A DNA stretch of 60,772 nucleotides, the filler included, from Circinaria calcarea (lineage: Eukaryota), in assembly GCA_051942165.1 (NCBI GenBank). It is 8 parts of 8 records of this genome, joined end to end, with 100 filler letters (N's around TTAATTAATTAA, not from the genome) between each part and the next. Parts side by side here need not be neighbours in the genome. Positions count along the whole stretch, not along the records: positions 7,620 to 15,136 come from JAVECS010001307.1; positions 15,237 to 22,750 come from JAVECS010001308.1; positions 22,851 to 30,362 come from JAVECS010001309.1; 5 more parts are not named here. One strand, written 5' to 3'. A model generated the notes under the pieces. The model saw nothing but the letters and a program-made list of their open reading frames with translations, ran no database searches and was not told the DNA's origin. Below, one piece after another: positions 12,504-24,152 of the stretch (its first letter is position 1; each line of letters opens with the position of its first letter). The translations under genes were made by a program, and so were the position numbers.

Positions 12504-13629
12504 GCGATGCAGAAGCTGCCAAGGGATGCTGGAATAGTGCTTACCGAGTCACGTGTGGTCCACATACTATGCAAGGTCCATGCTCGACACCCCCTACACA
12601 CCCCACAGAAGCACTTTTCGCTGCGTTAATTAATTTAGCTAGTCACCTAGACAGCAAGTAATGCATGCCACCAAACATGCTGCTTAACAAAGGAACGCCT
12701 TTTACATCACAACCTTTACTCGACCGATCCGATCGACCCGCACCATTTCTCACTATATATGGGTTAAAGGTACCGGCAAACGATTTCAATCGTGAGGATA
12801 AAAGAAGCCTCAAGCCGGCTGGGGGGTCCCTGGTACGAACCTTTAAACAAACTTGGTCAAGTCCGCATTGATGCGTGGTTTGCAATTTCAAGATTCAGTC
12901 TTTTAATAGAATATCGCAGTCCTTGGCCATCATCTAAAATAAACAAAATTCTGACAACTTCTCCCGGCCTATCTTGTGTTCCTAGATTCCACCCATATGC
13001 TATTTTACATAATTAACGAGTATAAGAAACTTGAGGGGAAATCGAATACGTAGGTACATACCTAACATTCATATGTGCCACTGTTTCTCCATTCTCGCCT
13101 TAAACTTCGTGTAATGGCTGACATAGAAACGATATGGCCTTGCAAGGACCTGACGATATAGTGCTTCATTACAGCTGGCATTACAGTAGAATATCTGCGC
13201 ATGCAACTACGTCAACCGTATGAAGAGAGATTCTATACTCATTATCAAAGTGAGAAAACAATAACTTTTGACATTCACGGAGAGAAACTGTTTCTTGAAG
13301 CCAAAGGTATGGATTTCTCCAGTGACCGTGCCGACCTTGTCTTGCGATCGGTTTATGGTAAAATGAGGAAAAACATAGAGGCTTGCTAAGGTCCGCCTGG
13401 AAGCAACATCGGATCGGGTGTTTGTATCCTATCTAAAAGGAAGAACGAAATAAAAACGCATAGAGGTTAGTTGATATGTCGATTGGTATAGAATGATGAA
13501 ATCATAACGAATTAGGTCCCACAAAATTCAAAAGGTATAAGGAGAAGGGCAAGTCTTTACCCAACGGGTATATGACTCGGATTGAACAGGACATGTGGAC
13601 TAAGCAGGACAAGGAGAAATTTCAGATGG

Positions 13630-14043
13630 ATTTTAAACCGACTGGTCGAGGGCGAGCATGCCGACTGCGTCCAGCTGGCCCATCGGGATTCTTTGCAGCC
13701 GCACCGTCGAGGCTCCCGGTTCATCCCGCATGCAGCGTGTTACGCCTGCGGGTAGCCGCGGGACCTCTGCCGCCGGGGTAGAACCGGGAATTGCGCGTAG
13801 CCGTGGCTGTTCTGGCACGCCACCTGGACCGCTTTATACCTCGACGTGTCCGTCGGCGCCGAGATGGTGCAATTGCTGAAAGGCCTCGACCTGCACGCGA
13901 TGCAGGAACATACCGCCTCCTTTCGACACGCCTACTAGCAATGGCTGGGCAAGGCGAGTCCGTTATTCGGTCTGCCGGCGAATAACGGCGCCCGGTTGTT
14001 TTACTAGTGGATAGATCGACTGGAGGCTCGATGCTGCATGTAA
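13630..14043 (+). pseudogene. RIP-mutated fragment resembling the Cys-rich C-terminus of fungal telomere-linked RecQ helicases
   Basis: GC-rich block translating RFIPHAACYACG*PRDLC..GNCA*P...AY*QWLGKASPLFGLPANNGARLFY*W; four in-frame TAG at 13753, 13798, 13936, 14005. Family assigned from remembered pattern only. Confidence 0.45.
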
Positions 14044-15136
14044 TCTCAATCGAGATATCAGGGGTAACTAACCAACCCTCACAACGCTCCTATAATTAAT
14101 TTATATTACGATTCACCGGCTTTCACTCGAGCCACATCTAGTAATCGCATCATTCATCGATAATCGAATCTTTCATTTTATCCTTTAATCCTCTCTATAT
14201 TTCAACTTTAATACTGCACGCAACTGCGATTTTTAACCGGCATCATATCTTTTCATTAATTAAAAGCTTCACTTATTTCTTTTTCTTAAAGGTTTAGCAG
14301 GGAGTGAGTTAAGCAGTATATTAAGACGGTATTCAATGTGTGCGCAATGGTCGATATATTATATAACGTGTATGTATGTTGTATGGTTCGCAAAGTGCGA
14401 AGCCAAAGGGAAAACTCTGCAGCTCACGCTAGTACTAATACGGGCAGTACAGAACTTCTGCGTAGCATACGGTACCAGTGCGGACCACCAACTCGCATTC
14501 ACTAGCGACTCGCAACGCCCAAACCTTAAATCTCGTAGAAACCCCACATAATTCTTTCATGCACACCTAATTTCAGTATAACCACAAGGAACCATAATAT
14601 AAATCGAGACGGAAACTTAGCTATAAAGGACAGAATTAAATATAGGATTAATTTAATTAGTGAAAGCACGTACTCAAGTCTAAAATCAGTTATAATAAGC
14701 GGAGGCTTATTAAATTAAATAAAGCACAGCGGTCAATAGAATTTTAGGCCAAAAGATATCTAAATGCACTGAAAGCAATTGGAAAGGAAACAGCGAAGGC
14801 TGGCATAGCACTATAATAATATATAAATTGGCAGCGCAGCGAAATATATGCGGTTAACAGCGAAGTGGCAAAACGTGTAATTACTTGGGTGTTACGTCCC
14901 TAAGCTTCTTAGGCAAAGGCAATGCTAGTCACTGGTATAAGGCAGGGGCTCTGCAATATGCGCACGGGTTCTATACCAATCACTTGGCAAGTAATAAGTG
15001 ACAATAGAAGTATATTGCTACACTTGTAAGGTCTTGACCACACAGGTCAAATACTACGGAAAGGACTGTGCCTATATACCCTTTCCTCGACAGGGGTCAC
15101 AGCAGTGATCCCTATGATCCCACTGCTCCATGACCA
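14044..15136. mobile_element. AT/TpA-rich RIP-type repeat relic
   Basis: Abrupt shift to AT-rich DNA; ORF remnant 14559-14820 has many TAA/TAG stops where CAA/CAG would fit. Confidence 0.45.
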
Positions 15137-15236
15137 NNNNNNNNNNNNNNNNNNNNNNNNNNNNNNNNNNNNNNNNNNNNTTAATTAATTAANNNNNNNN
15201 NNNNNNNNNNNNNNNNNNNNNNNNNNNNNNNNNNNN
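15137..15236. other. Artificial contig spacer
   Basis: N44-TTAATTAATTAA-N44. Confidence 0.98.
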
Positions 15237-16125
15237 TCGAAGATTTATGCGCTCGGTGCTAGAGAATTAAACTCCTACGCGAAAGGAGAGAAGCAGGGAA
15301 TGGGAATAGGAATGGGTGGAGGAGTGCTGAGCCAGTGGTGAGCAGGGTGCAAGGCAAATACCGCAAGAACTAGTCAACTTTCAATGAAAATAAAACCAAA
15401 GACATACAGCAATACACAGCATTTATCAAAGATATCCGAATAGATTTACAGCGATCAGTCGGTTCACAGCAACGCGAAATACCCGCTGTCTAAAACCTTC
15501 TCCTATTTTCTAGTATATCTAAAAACCTTCTCCTATGTCCCGGGTATAATTAGAACCTTCTCGGATCTTCCCGATATGGCAGAAAGCGCCGGTGGGACGG
15601 TAATGTGTGCTGGAGTGGACAGTATGTTAATCTGGAGGGGAGGGGATTCAATGGCTTGGAAAGGGTTTGATTTTGTAACCATAGGGGGCAAGTAAAAATG
15701 TATGCTCGATCGGCCCGAGATACGGCATTGGAAAAGGTGACATCTCAAATCTGTAGTTTGGAACTTTACAAAAGAATCATCCTTCAGTACGACGTTGAGT
15801 GCTTTTGTAATCTTGTACTTGATCATGTCTGTTTTTGAGTTGGCTTGCACTGAATGACATAATAAACAGGCTCTGCTGTTGGACGCCCTCAAATCGGATG
15901 TTGTTTGGACGATTGGCGTGGCTAGTGAAATATGCTTCCTCCGACTGGTTCTGCAGATTCCTTGGCTCAGCCTCGCTGCTGTGGAACCCATTTGCGAGGC
16001 TTTCAAGTCCGGCTGTGGAGCCTTGTAGCCTGGCAAGCTGATTCTGAAGTCTGACGTGTTCGTGCCTGGGGGAATAAAGTCTTCCAATCTTCCCGTTTTC
16101 GCGATGATTCTACGTTGATGCTTCC

Positions 16126-18053
16126 ATGGCTCCTTACCAGTTCAGGCCTTTGAATAAAAGGAAGAAACAGATTAGACTATTGACTCTTTTTCCCGTTGCG
16201 GCTTCAGCGGAAATACGTATCCATATCAGCACAGTCGCGTTAACCAAGAAAAAGAAGCCTCAGTACGAAGCACTTTCATACGCTTGGGGTTGATCGGAAG
16301 ATCCACTCCACGTCAAAGTCGGGCCGTCGAGGAACGATACCCTCGCCGTAACACAAAATCTAGCCTTGGCTTTGATTCATCTTCGGCACGAGCATGAGCC
16401 GCGAGTCCTCTGGATAGACGCGATATGTATCGACCAGCAAAATCTGAAAGAACGCAGCGAGCAGGTCGGACAAATGAGAGATATCTACGCAATGGCTGAT
16501 CGAATTGTGGTCTGGTTAGGTCCGGGGACGGATAACAGTAAACTCGCCTTGACAGCACTACACAATCTAAGCCTTGAGATTGAGGTTGATTGGAAAGAAT
16601 ACACTATGAAAGCTGCCCTAAATCAAGACCCGAGCTGGGCTGATCTATCTTATCCTTTGCCGTACGACGCGGAAACCCTGCAAGCAATCAGTGATCTACT
16701 AAACCGCTCGTGGTTTGAAAGACTCTGGATATGGCAGGAGATTTACTTCGCTAAGTCCAATGCTATCGTCATGTGCGGCCAGGAAGTCCAAAGGTGGGAC
16801 CATTTCCGTATTGCATTGTTTTGCATTGTACGTAAGCCGAGGCCTTTCCTACATAATGAGGACGCACTAGATATCTCCAGAATCGAGAGGGGAATCATTA
16901 TGGCCCTAAACCTCATTGAGCAGCAGATATTCGGGGATATCCATTCCCTACGTACGATTTCAGACCTTACGAAGCATTCCAAGTGTCTAGATCCAAAAGA
17001 TAGAATCTATGCACTGTCGGGTATTATAGCCGCCAACACCCAAATTGATTACGCCAAGAGCATAAATCAAGTCTATCAGGAGGCGACCCTGCACGAGATC
17101 GATTATTTCAAGAACTTGGATATCTTGCGCCTTTGTAGCATACGTGCCAGGCGGCCTGATCAGCCAACGTGGGTGCCTACTTTTGATGTTGCAGGGCTAA
17201 ACCAAATTTCAACATCCAGAGCCGGTGGAGATTCCAAATCTGAAACGCGGCTGATCAATGAGAGAACTCTGGAAGTGACGGGAATACACGTGGCCACGGT
17301 CAGACAGGTCGAGACTCTTATGTCAGCCGATCTTTCAATCGAGGAGATAGTCAAGTCCATTCAGAGACTGATACCGCAATGCCAGATTGACAAGGTAGCT
17401 TATATTGGAGGTGGCTCTCTGCTTGCCGCCTATTGTCGTACACTGTGTCGCGACATGTTTACTGAGACAATTTAAAAGAAGCTCCTAATGCGAGCTTCGT
17501 GAGGATCAAAGAGGCTTTGAGAAATGCATTGTTGCTCGAGCCTTCTGACAACCAGTATTTAATCGGGCATTTCAGGAAGCACGTCTCTGGTAGGAGGCTT
17601 TTTACCACAGAAGAAAGATATATTGGACTAGCTCCTGAAACGGCTGAATCTGGTGACCAAGTATGCGTACTTCTTGGATGTGATACGCCCATAATATTGC
17701 GGTCCATTGAAAACGGTCAATACCTTGTTATCGGGGAGGGCTATGTACAAGGGTTATCGAACACTGAGGGTCTTCTTGGTCGTCTGCCCGATTCCTGGCA
17801 GGTAATATAGTGTTTCAATAACTATGGAGGGGTGTACCCAGCATATAATAATCTTCGGACGGAGGTCACGAAAAATGATCCAAGACTAGGCCCGCCACCA
17901 AGTGGATGGCAAACTTTATCTCACGACCAAGAGCATTACGAAGACCTGTGGGTGAATGTGGATACGGGGGAAAGGACGTGGTACGATCCCAGGATGAGCG
18001 CAGAAGCGTTGAAAGGGCGGGGCGTAAACCTAAGAACCTTTGCTTTGGTTTAA
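16126..18053 (+). pseudogene. HET-domain (HET-6-like) heterokaryon incompatibility pseudogene
   Basis: IRLLTL, YEALSYAWG*, LWIDAICIDQ..ERSEQVGQMRDIY, WFERLWIWQE, CLDPKDRIYAL, PTWVP, IGLAP..GDQVCVLLG..IGEGYVQG; stops at 16291 and 17808, frameshift near 17475. Confidence 0.9.
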
Positions 18054-18116
18054 AGGTTTGGAATACATCTTCTAGCGAGATCAGCGACCAGTGACGGTGG
18101 ATGGGCGGACATTCAA

Positions 18117-19700
18117 TTGGCTAGCTCGGAAGCAGATGAGTGGATCGCTGCTATGACCAAGGAGATCGACGCATTGCTGGAGAACAAGACCTGGACCATT
18201 GCCGACTTACCACGTGACCGAAAGGCGCTGAGAGGCAGATGGGTGTTGAAGAAAAAGCTATCAACAAATCAGCCAATCAAATTCAAAGGCAGATGGGTGG
18301 TGAAAGGCTATGATCAGCGCGAAGGAATCGACTACTTCGAAACCTTCGCAGCAGTCATAAAGCCAGCTACCGTTAAAACACTGCTTGCAAAAGCAGCCAG
18401 GAAGGGTTGGATTGTGAAACAAATGGATGTGGTCACCGCCTTCCTCTATAGTCCTATAGACACTGAGGTCTATGTGGAACTACCAGAAGGATTCGAAAAA
18501 ATGGTACTCGAATCAATGATCGGGGCCAAAGCATACGCAAAGCTAAAAGCAAGTGGGCTGCCATTGCCAGTATGCCTACTGCTTAAAGCTTTGTATGAGC
18601 TGAAGCAATCACCACGGTTGTGGTATGAAATCCTGACAAAGATTATCAAACTGCTTGGTTTCATACGGTCAGATTATGACTATGGTCTCTTTATTAACCA
18701 TGCAGAAGAGACCTACATTGGCCTATATGTGGATGATATTATACTAACTGGCCCAAACGACGCACACATTGAATGCGTCCAAAACGAGCTCGCAAAACGA
18801 TTCAAAATGACCGATTTAGGGCCTGTATCGCACTATCTTGGCATGGAAATCAGTCGAGACCTGGAAAAGAAGACACTCACTATTACACAGGGGTCTTACA
18901 TCGAAAGTGTGCTGAAGACACACGGAATGCTTGCCTGCCGCACAGCAAGCACCCCCATGGAAGCCGGTATACGCCTCGTGAAAACCGACCCTACACATGA
19001 GCCGGACCCAGAGGACGTGAGGGCTTACCAATCTATGCTTGGATCAATCCAGCATGCTATGCGCACCACCAGGCTCGACATCGCCTATGCCGTATCGAAG
19101 CTCAGCCAGTTTTCAAGCCGACCCAATGAAACACATTGGAAGGCATTGAAGCGCGTGCTTCGCTACCTGGCAGGCACACGAAGCCACGGCATAACATATG
19201 CAGCGGATGATGAAGTAGTCGGCTGGACTGACTCAGATTGGGCGGAGGATTATGACGATTCCAGATCAACCTCCGGATATCTTTTCTTGCTGTACGGAGG
19301 ACCTATTAGCTGGGCCTCGAACAAGCAGCCCACGGCGGCGCTCAGTACGTGTGAAGCCGAGTATATGGCTCAAACGGCGGCCGCTCAGGAGGCGATTTGG
19401 CTCAGGGGTCTGCTTGGAGAGTTGAAATGTCCTTTGACAGGGCCAATCAACGTCTATGCAGACAACCAAGGAGCTATATCATTAGCTAACAACCCATATT
19501 CACACAAACGCACCAAACACATCGCTATAAAGTATCATTTCACGCGCGAAACAATTGAAAACGGACAGATACAGTTGATATGGCTCGAGACCTCGAAAAT
19601 GAGAGCTGACGGCCTCACAAAGGCACTTGGGCCTACGAAATTCATGCAATTTCTTGAACTCATTGGATTTTCTGCGGAAAACGGATCGGAAAAGCAATAA
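18117..19700 (+). CDS. Copia-type reverse transcriptase plus RNase H (partial pol, uninterrupted)
   Basis: FKGRWVVKGYDQREGIDY, QMDVVTAFL, KALYELKQSPR, YVDD, TDSDWA, ADNQGA, RTKHIAIKYHF, ADGLTK. Confidence 0.93.
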   Translation: MASSEADEWIAAMTKEIDALLENKTWTIADLPRDRKALRGRWVLKKKLSTNQPIKFKGRWVVKGYDQREGIDYFETFAAVIKPATVKTLLAKAARKGWIVKQMDVVTAFLYSPIDTEVYVELPEGFEKMVLESMIGAKAYAKLKASGLPLPVCLLLKALYELKQSPRLWYEILTKIIKLLGFIRSDYDYGLFINHAEETYIGLYVDDIILTGPNDAHIECVQNELAKRFKMTDLGPVSHYLGMEISRDLEKKTLTITQGSYIESVLKTHGMLACRTASTPMEAGIRLVKTDPTHEPDPEDVRAYQSMLGSIQHAMRTTRLDIAYAVSKLSQFSSRPNETHWKALKRVLRYLAGTRSHGITYAADDEVVGWTDSDWAEDYDDSRSTSGYLFLLYGGPISWASNKQPTAALSTCEAEYMAQTAAAQEAIWLRGLLGELKCPLTGPINVYADNQGAISLANNPYSHKRTKHIAIKYHFTRETIENGQIQLIWLETSKMRADGLTKALGPTKFMQFLELIGFSAENGSEKQ

Positions 19701-20636
19701 ACCGACCACCTAATGTCAAGAATTGCCGTTTTCGGGCTAGTACATGGATCGTCCCATTACAGTTTGCACACTAGTAAGCCTCCTCCCATGGCTACTATGT
19801 GAGGCATAAACCATAGCTATTGCATGGATATGCATAGTGCATGCCTAGTGCATAGCACGGAAAGGGAAGAAGGTGGTTGCTGTGCCATGGGGCACGCAAA
19901 TCCTAATGTCCACCTTCTACGTGTTATTCGGCGAACATTGAGATATGATTAGCATGTGCTCTCCATGTGATCTATTCATATTTGCTATATATACTGCCTT
20001 AACACCTACATAGAATAGACAGAGACAATGCAATCCATCTTTTCAACTGTATGTCATACCTATTACAACAATACACGTTGGCTGAGGCGGCTCCCTCACA
20101 GCATCACTGGCGCAGTGACTGTGTTGTATCGTACGCGGAAGCCCTTTCGAAAATCGGAAGCCCAGATCGATCTGGCCATCTTCTACAGCAATATATGCAT
20201 GCCATTATACATGCTGCTCACAGTAAACACGTCACGGTCGGAAGCACACACGGGGCCTAAAAGGCTAATAACACAGAGATCGGAGCAAAAACGCCAGAAT
20301 TCAGAGGTTAACATCCGGGGTGATTAGTGGAAGCAAGGCGTGGGAAGAAATAGTTACAATTTCGAGGGGGGCCACACACGTTGGCAGGCAACGCACGAAT
20401 TAAAGCACTTTTTCCACCATTTCCACCTACGATATAAGAGGTTTTGGGTGGTTTTAAGGAGGCTATTAAGGCTCTGCGAACGGGAGCAAAACAGGCTGCG
20501 TATCAGCAGAGGGAGCTATGCGCTTAGAGGGAGCTACACAAGCAGAAGGCACGGAAGACACGCAGGCAAAGGCACGCGGGCACACCAGCACAACTGCACA
20601 AAGGCAGGCTAATAAGGTCCTTCGTTCGAGAGGGAG

Positions 20637-20744
20637 TGTTGGAAGTCGCCCTGTGGACCGTATTAGGCCTAGCGTAGTGTCATTCATGTATAAGTAGCGA
20701 GCCTCCCACATAGCAATTCCACAGCCGTTTCACATATTTCAACA
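20637..20744 (+). repeat. 3' LTR, 108 bp
   Basis: Starts TGTTGGAA directly after the PPT and ends TTTCAACA (TGTTG/CAACA inverted termini); internal TATAA near 20689. Confidence 0.8.
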
Positions 20745-20943
20745 GGCTTGCCGTTCTCCCATCTCGTTGAAGGTTTCTTGACAGCCAAAATGCTCATTCC
20801 CCTTATTACAGACATCGCTAATTAAGAGAGAAGGCATATTGAAATAGCGTAAGAATTTTCTCCTCTCGGCTTTCAGGGTCGGAAAGTCGTCTTTCGTTAT
20901 AAATCTAAAAGTTAGGGAGCTTAACGCCACTAAATTTCTAATG

Positions 20944-22218
20944 TTACTGCCATGTAGAATCTTCTGTCGTAGCCTTTGCTGCTTCTTCCACCTCCCGTTT
21001 AATGATCTTAGCTTCTCTCTCTAGACTGAACGCTTCAGTTGGAGTCTCTGCTCAGCGCCGCTTTTCACACTTAGGTGGCAGAGCAGTTTGAAGACCCCGA
21101 CGCGTCCGTTTAAGCTGGTCTCTGATCTCAGCAGTGTGTAGGAAAGAACAGAGTTTCTCATATGCGACCTCGACGACAGTCAGAGCTTGCGTTTCTTGGG
21201 ATATATTGGTGAAGCAAACGCTCGGTGCAAAATCGCAGAGCTGAAGCTTTAGGCTATGGTCTTTGATTGAAGATCCGCCATCGGCTCGGAAAGCCTAAGC
21301 CAATAAAATGTAGGATTAGAATAGAACTGTACTAAGGCAAAGCCGGAGATTTTACTTAGTATCTTGCACACAAAACGCCTTTAGAAAGGTAGCTTCCTTC
21401 TCCATTGCTTCCAAGTCCAGCCCTAACCTTGGTCGCCAAACGGACAGTGTAGCTCTTTGAGATCCCGAACTGGATTCGATATCAAATCCTAAAACCACGG
21501 CGATGTTTCTATTGGACCTACAGATGTAGTCATCGGCCAGACGTGCCACGTCCTTTTGCCCTTGTGAATACGAGGTCTCGATGATGATAGACGGATACTG
21601 GGACTTGGCGTGCACCAAAGAGCCGTCGGGTGAGCGCTTGGGAAATCTCTGCTTAATAGCCCCATGTTCGTAGAGATAGACATCGGATGTCGTCTCTGAT
21701 CCTACCAGATCAATGACTGCTGCAAGGTCATCCTGCTTCATGGAGACAAGTCTTAGCTGAGAATTGATTTCCTCAACAACCAGCTCGGTGGACACGTCAT
21801 GTATCGAGGTTGGCATTCGTACTGTAAGTGATGATGCTATAGGAACCAGTCGTATCTGTTTGCAACAACTTGTTAACCAGTACTAATAGATAGGTAATGA
21901 CGCCTCAACGTACCTGACTTTGTCGACAACGTAGCGCCTCAAAGCTTGGTCTCTCTCTAAAAGCGATCACAATATCTCGTTGTCGTCCGATGACAACTCC
22001 AGCACCTTCCAAGGGTTGTTCCAGGTTCCCTTCCTATGTGCACGGAAGAGGGCGAGCACGGTAAGGATGTGCTCCGGTGGTGAGCCTGTGAGCTTCGGTG
22101 ATCTTGGAGCTGATGGATCGCACTTCGTTAACTTTGAATTGCCTTGTAGATTATCGCTGTCGATGCTCGATAGGACGGATGAGGATCGAGGTGTATCAAG
22201 TCCAGTGCCTTTGGACAT
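20944..22218 (-). pseudogene. Fungal PD-(D/E)XK nuclease-like (Uma2-like) gene, disrupted
   Basis: VRMPTSIH..RSPDGS..YPSIIIETSYSQ..LADDYI..NIAVVLGFDIE; two GT-AG introns; in-frame TGA at about 21967 and 21052; frameshift near 21840. Confidence 0.65.
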
Positions 22219-22750
22219 CGCGGAGCCAAGTAGGAAGAGCTGTCACATTGGAACGCAGGAAGCCGCAAGGTAGGGGTGGAATGCAAGAAGCCGTGAGGTA
22301 AGGAGAGCTGTCGGATATAAAGCGCTGTGATATAACCAGACACGTTTTTGTCGCACAAGTCATTACTGAGCGAGTTACTTTAAAGACCTTACGTATAGTT
22401 GAAGATAAATGTGATCCTCGTATCCAACAGCACTAAGATAGCGTAGGGCTGTTTATCGCGTCCACTTAGTAGTATGGTCTTCCATTATGATACACACCTT
22501 ATGGAAGCAATCAACTCTGTGGAGCAACTTACCTTTGCTCCTCTGGTAGCTCTGTAATAATTTGGTGTCCTAGATGAAGTACTGGACTATGAAAGACGCC
22601 TACGAGAAGCCTTTTAACTGATAGCGTTACGGGCATGTCGATCGATTTGGATCTTGCCGAGTAGTTTGGCAGTGGAAGCAAGCAGCGAGTAAAAACGGTA
22701 CAGCTAGTAATTCAGCTACTTGCGAATTCCAAGAAAACCGAACACCGTAT

Positions 22751-22850
22751 NNNNNNNNNNNNNNNNNNNNNNNNNNNNNNNNNNNNNNNNNNNNTTAATT
22801 AATTAANNNNNNNNNNNNNNNNNNNNNNNNNNNNNNNNNNNNNNNNNNNN
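22751..22850. other. Artificial contig spacer
   Basis: N44-TTAATTAATTAA-N44. Confidence 0.98.
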
Positions 22851-24150
22851 AGGGAAAGGGCGGCAAAAACCGGGAATGGGATGTAAAAAGCCCCGTTGGG
22901 AGGGGGAGGGGGGGATTGCTGAGTTTTCATAACTTTTTTCCGCGTGAGTGGCCTAATCCGCCATGGAAATTTAGGTGCCCCTAATCAGCCCCCGGTTTCT
23001 AAATACCAAATCCCGCAAAACGGTGACTTTATTCATCTCCCCCCTTTTTCCTAAAATCTCAACTATTTATTTGTATCTACTGTGTTTATATGGGGCGCGC
23101 TACGCCTGTCTTTGGGTTATATTATTTTATTTCACTTCCGTCCATTTCCACCCCAGGACTCGACTCAGGTTCTGGAATCCTAAGCGTCCAAACATCCAAG
23201 CGCCCGGTACAAGTAATCACGCAGGAGTCAGGAGCGAAGGGACGCTCATGCTTTTTCAACGCCCTTCCTGCTTTTCTTACTCCGGCCCCCCGGTTTTCGC
23301 AGCAGAACGTGAACTAGTATTTTTATTTTTATTTGCTCGCCCCGAGGCCCGAGGGTTCCCGAGGGTTAGAAAATCGAAAACGGGGGGAGGGTAGATTGGG
23401 AGTGGACGTTTTTTTTCGCCGAGTCGGGAGATCGGAGTATACTATACTACGTGTATTATATTATTAAATACGTGGGTTTCAGTATTATTTGGTCAGGAGG
23501 GAAGAAATGCGAGGGAGGGAAATTTCCACGTCAAGGCGATAAAGGGGGAATTGAATAGTATTTATTGGCGGTCGAAGTTCTTCGGGATATTTAACTTGGG
23601 GATTTTATATTATATTTTAAAAGCTCCGTTTCTTTTCTCTGCTGACCGTCTTCTTTATCACGGATGGTTTAGCTAAAAGATAAATTCTTTTTACTTAACC
23701 TATTTAAAATTTATTAAACAGAATTGCGATAACGTAACGTAGTTCTTTACGGTTTTTTGTTCTCGATTTAGCCGAAAAATAAACATATCGGAGAGTTAAA
23801 TCGGCGTATTTTCAGTGGAAAACCAGAGGCGGAGGGGAGGGTAAGGTATTTGAGATCATATATACATCTAGGTGAAAATAACGCCCTTAATAATACCTCT
23901 GATATAATCGGCGATACCTGGTTATATAACCCAGCATGGCCGTTAATCCCAAATCGAAAACACCTGACCGAGTTATACCCAATGTCGCTCGTTAAGCTAG
24001 CCGGCTAACTTTGGGGTTAATTAAACTCCACCACGGTCCTAGAGCTGTCACTCGGGGTAAGTATAATCGAGTAACGCCCCAAAGGTCGCCGGTACCTTAT
24101 TTCTAAAGATATTTTGACCGTGTCTACCTCGAGGAAAGCCCCCCGTTCAT
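22851..24150. mobile_element. RIP-type degenerate repeat or gene relic, unclassified
   Basis: Appears TpA-rich and CpA/TpG-poor by eye; + frame 23775-24180 is open except for three internal TAA stops. Confidence 0.4.
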
Positions 24151-24152
24151 AC

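Larger units (their letters stand above)
18110..20744 (+). mobile_element. 5'-truncated Ty1/copia LTR retrotransposon (RT-RNase H, 3' region, PPT, 3' LTR)
   Basis: RT/RNase H ORF, then PPT GAGAGGGAG at 20628-20636 and LTR TGTTG...CAACA; no gag, protease, integrase or 5' LTR present. Confidence 0.92.

Noticed and set aside
12665..13630. Fragmented + strand ORFs with intron-like signals
   Set aside because: Probably a decayed gene, but no consistent model or family could be built.
15533..16087. 184-aa minus-strand ORF upstream of the HET gene
   Set aside because: Non-ATG start, no motif, and it runs into a repeat relic.
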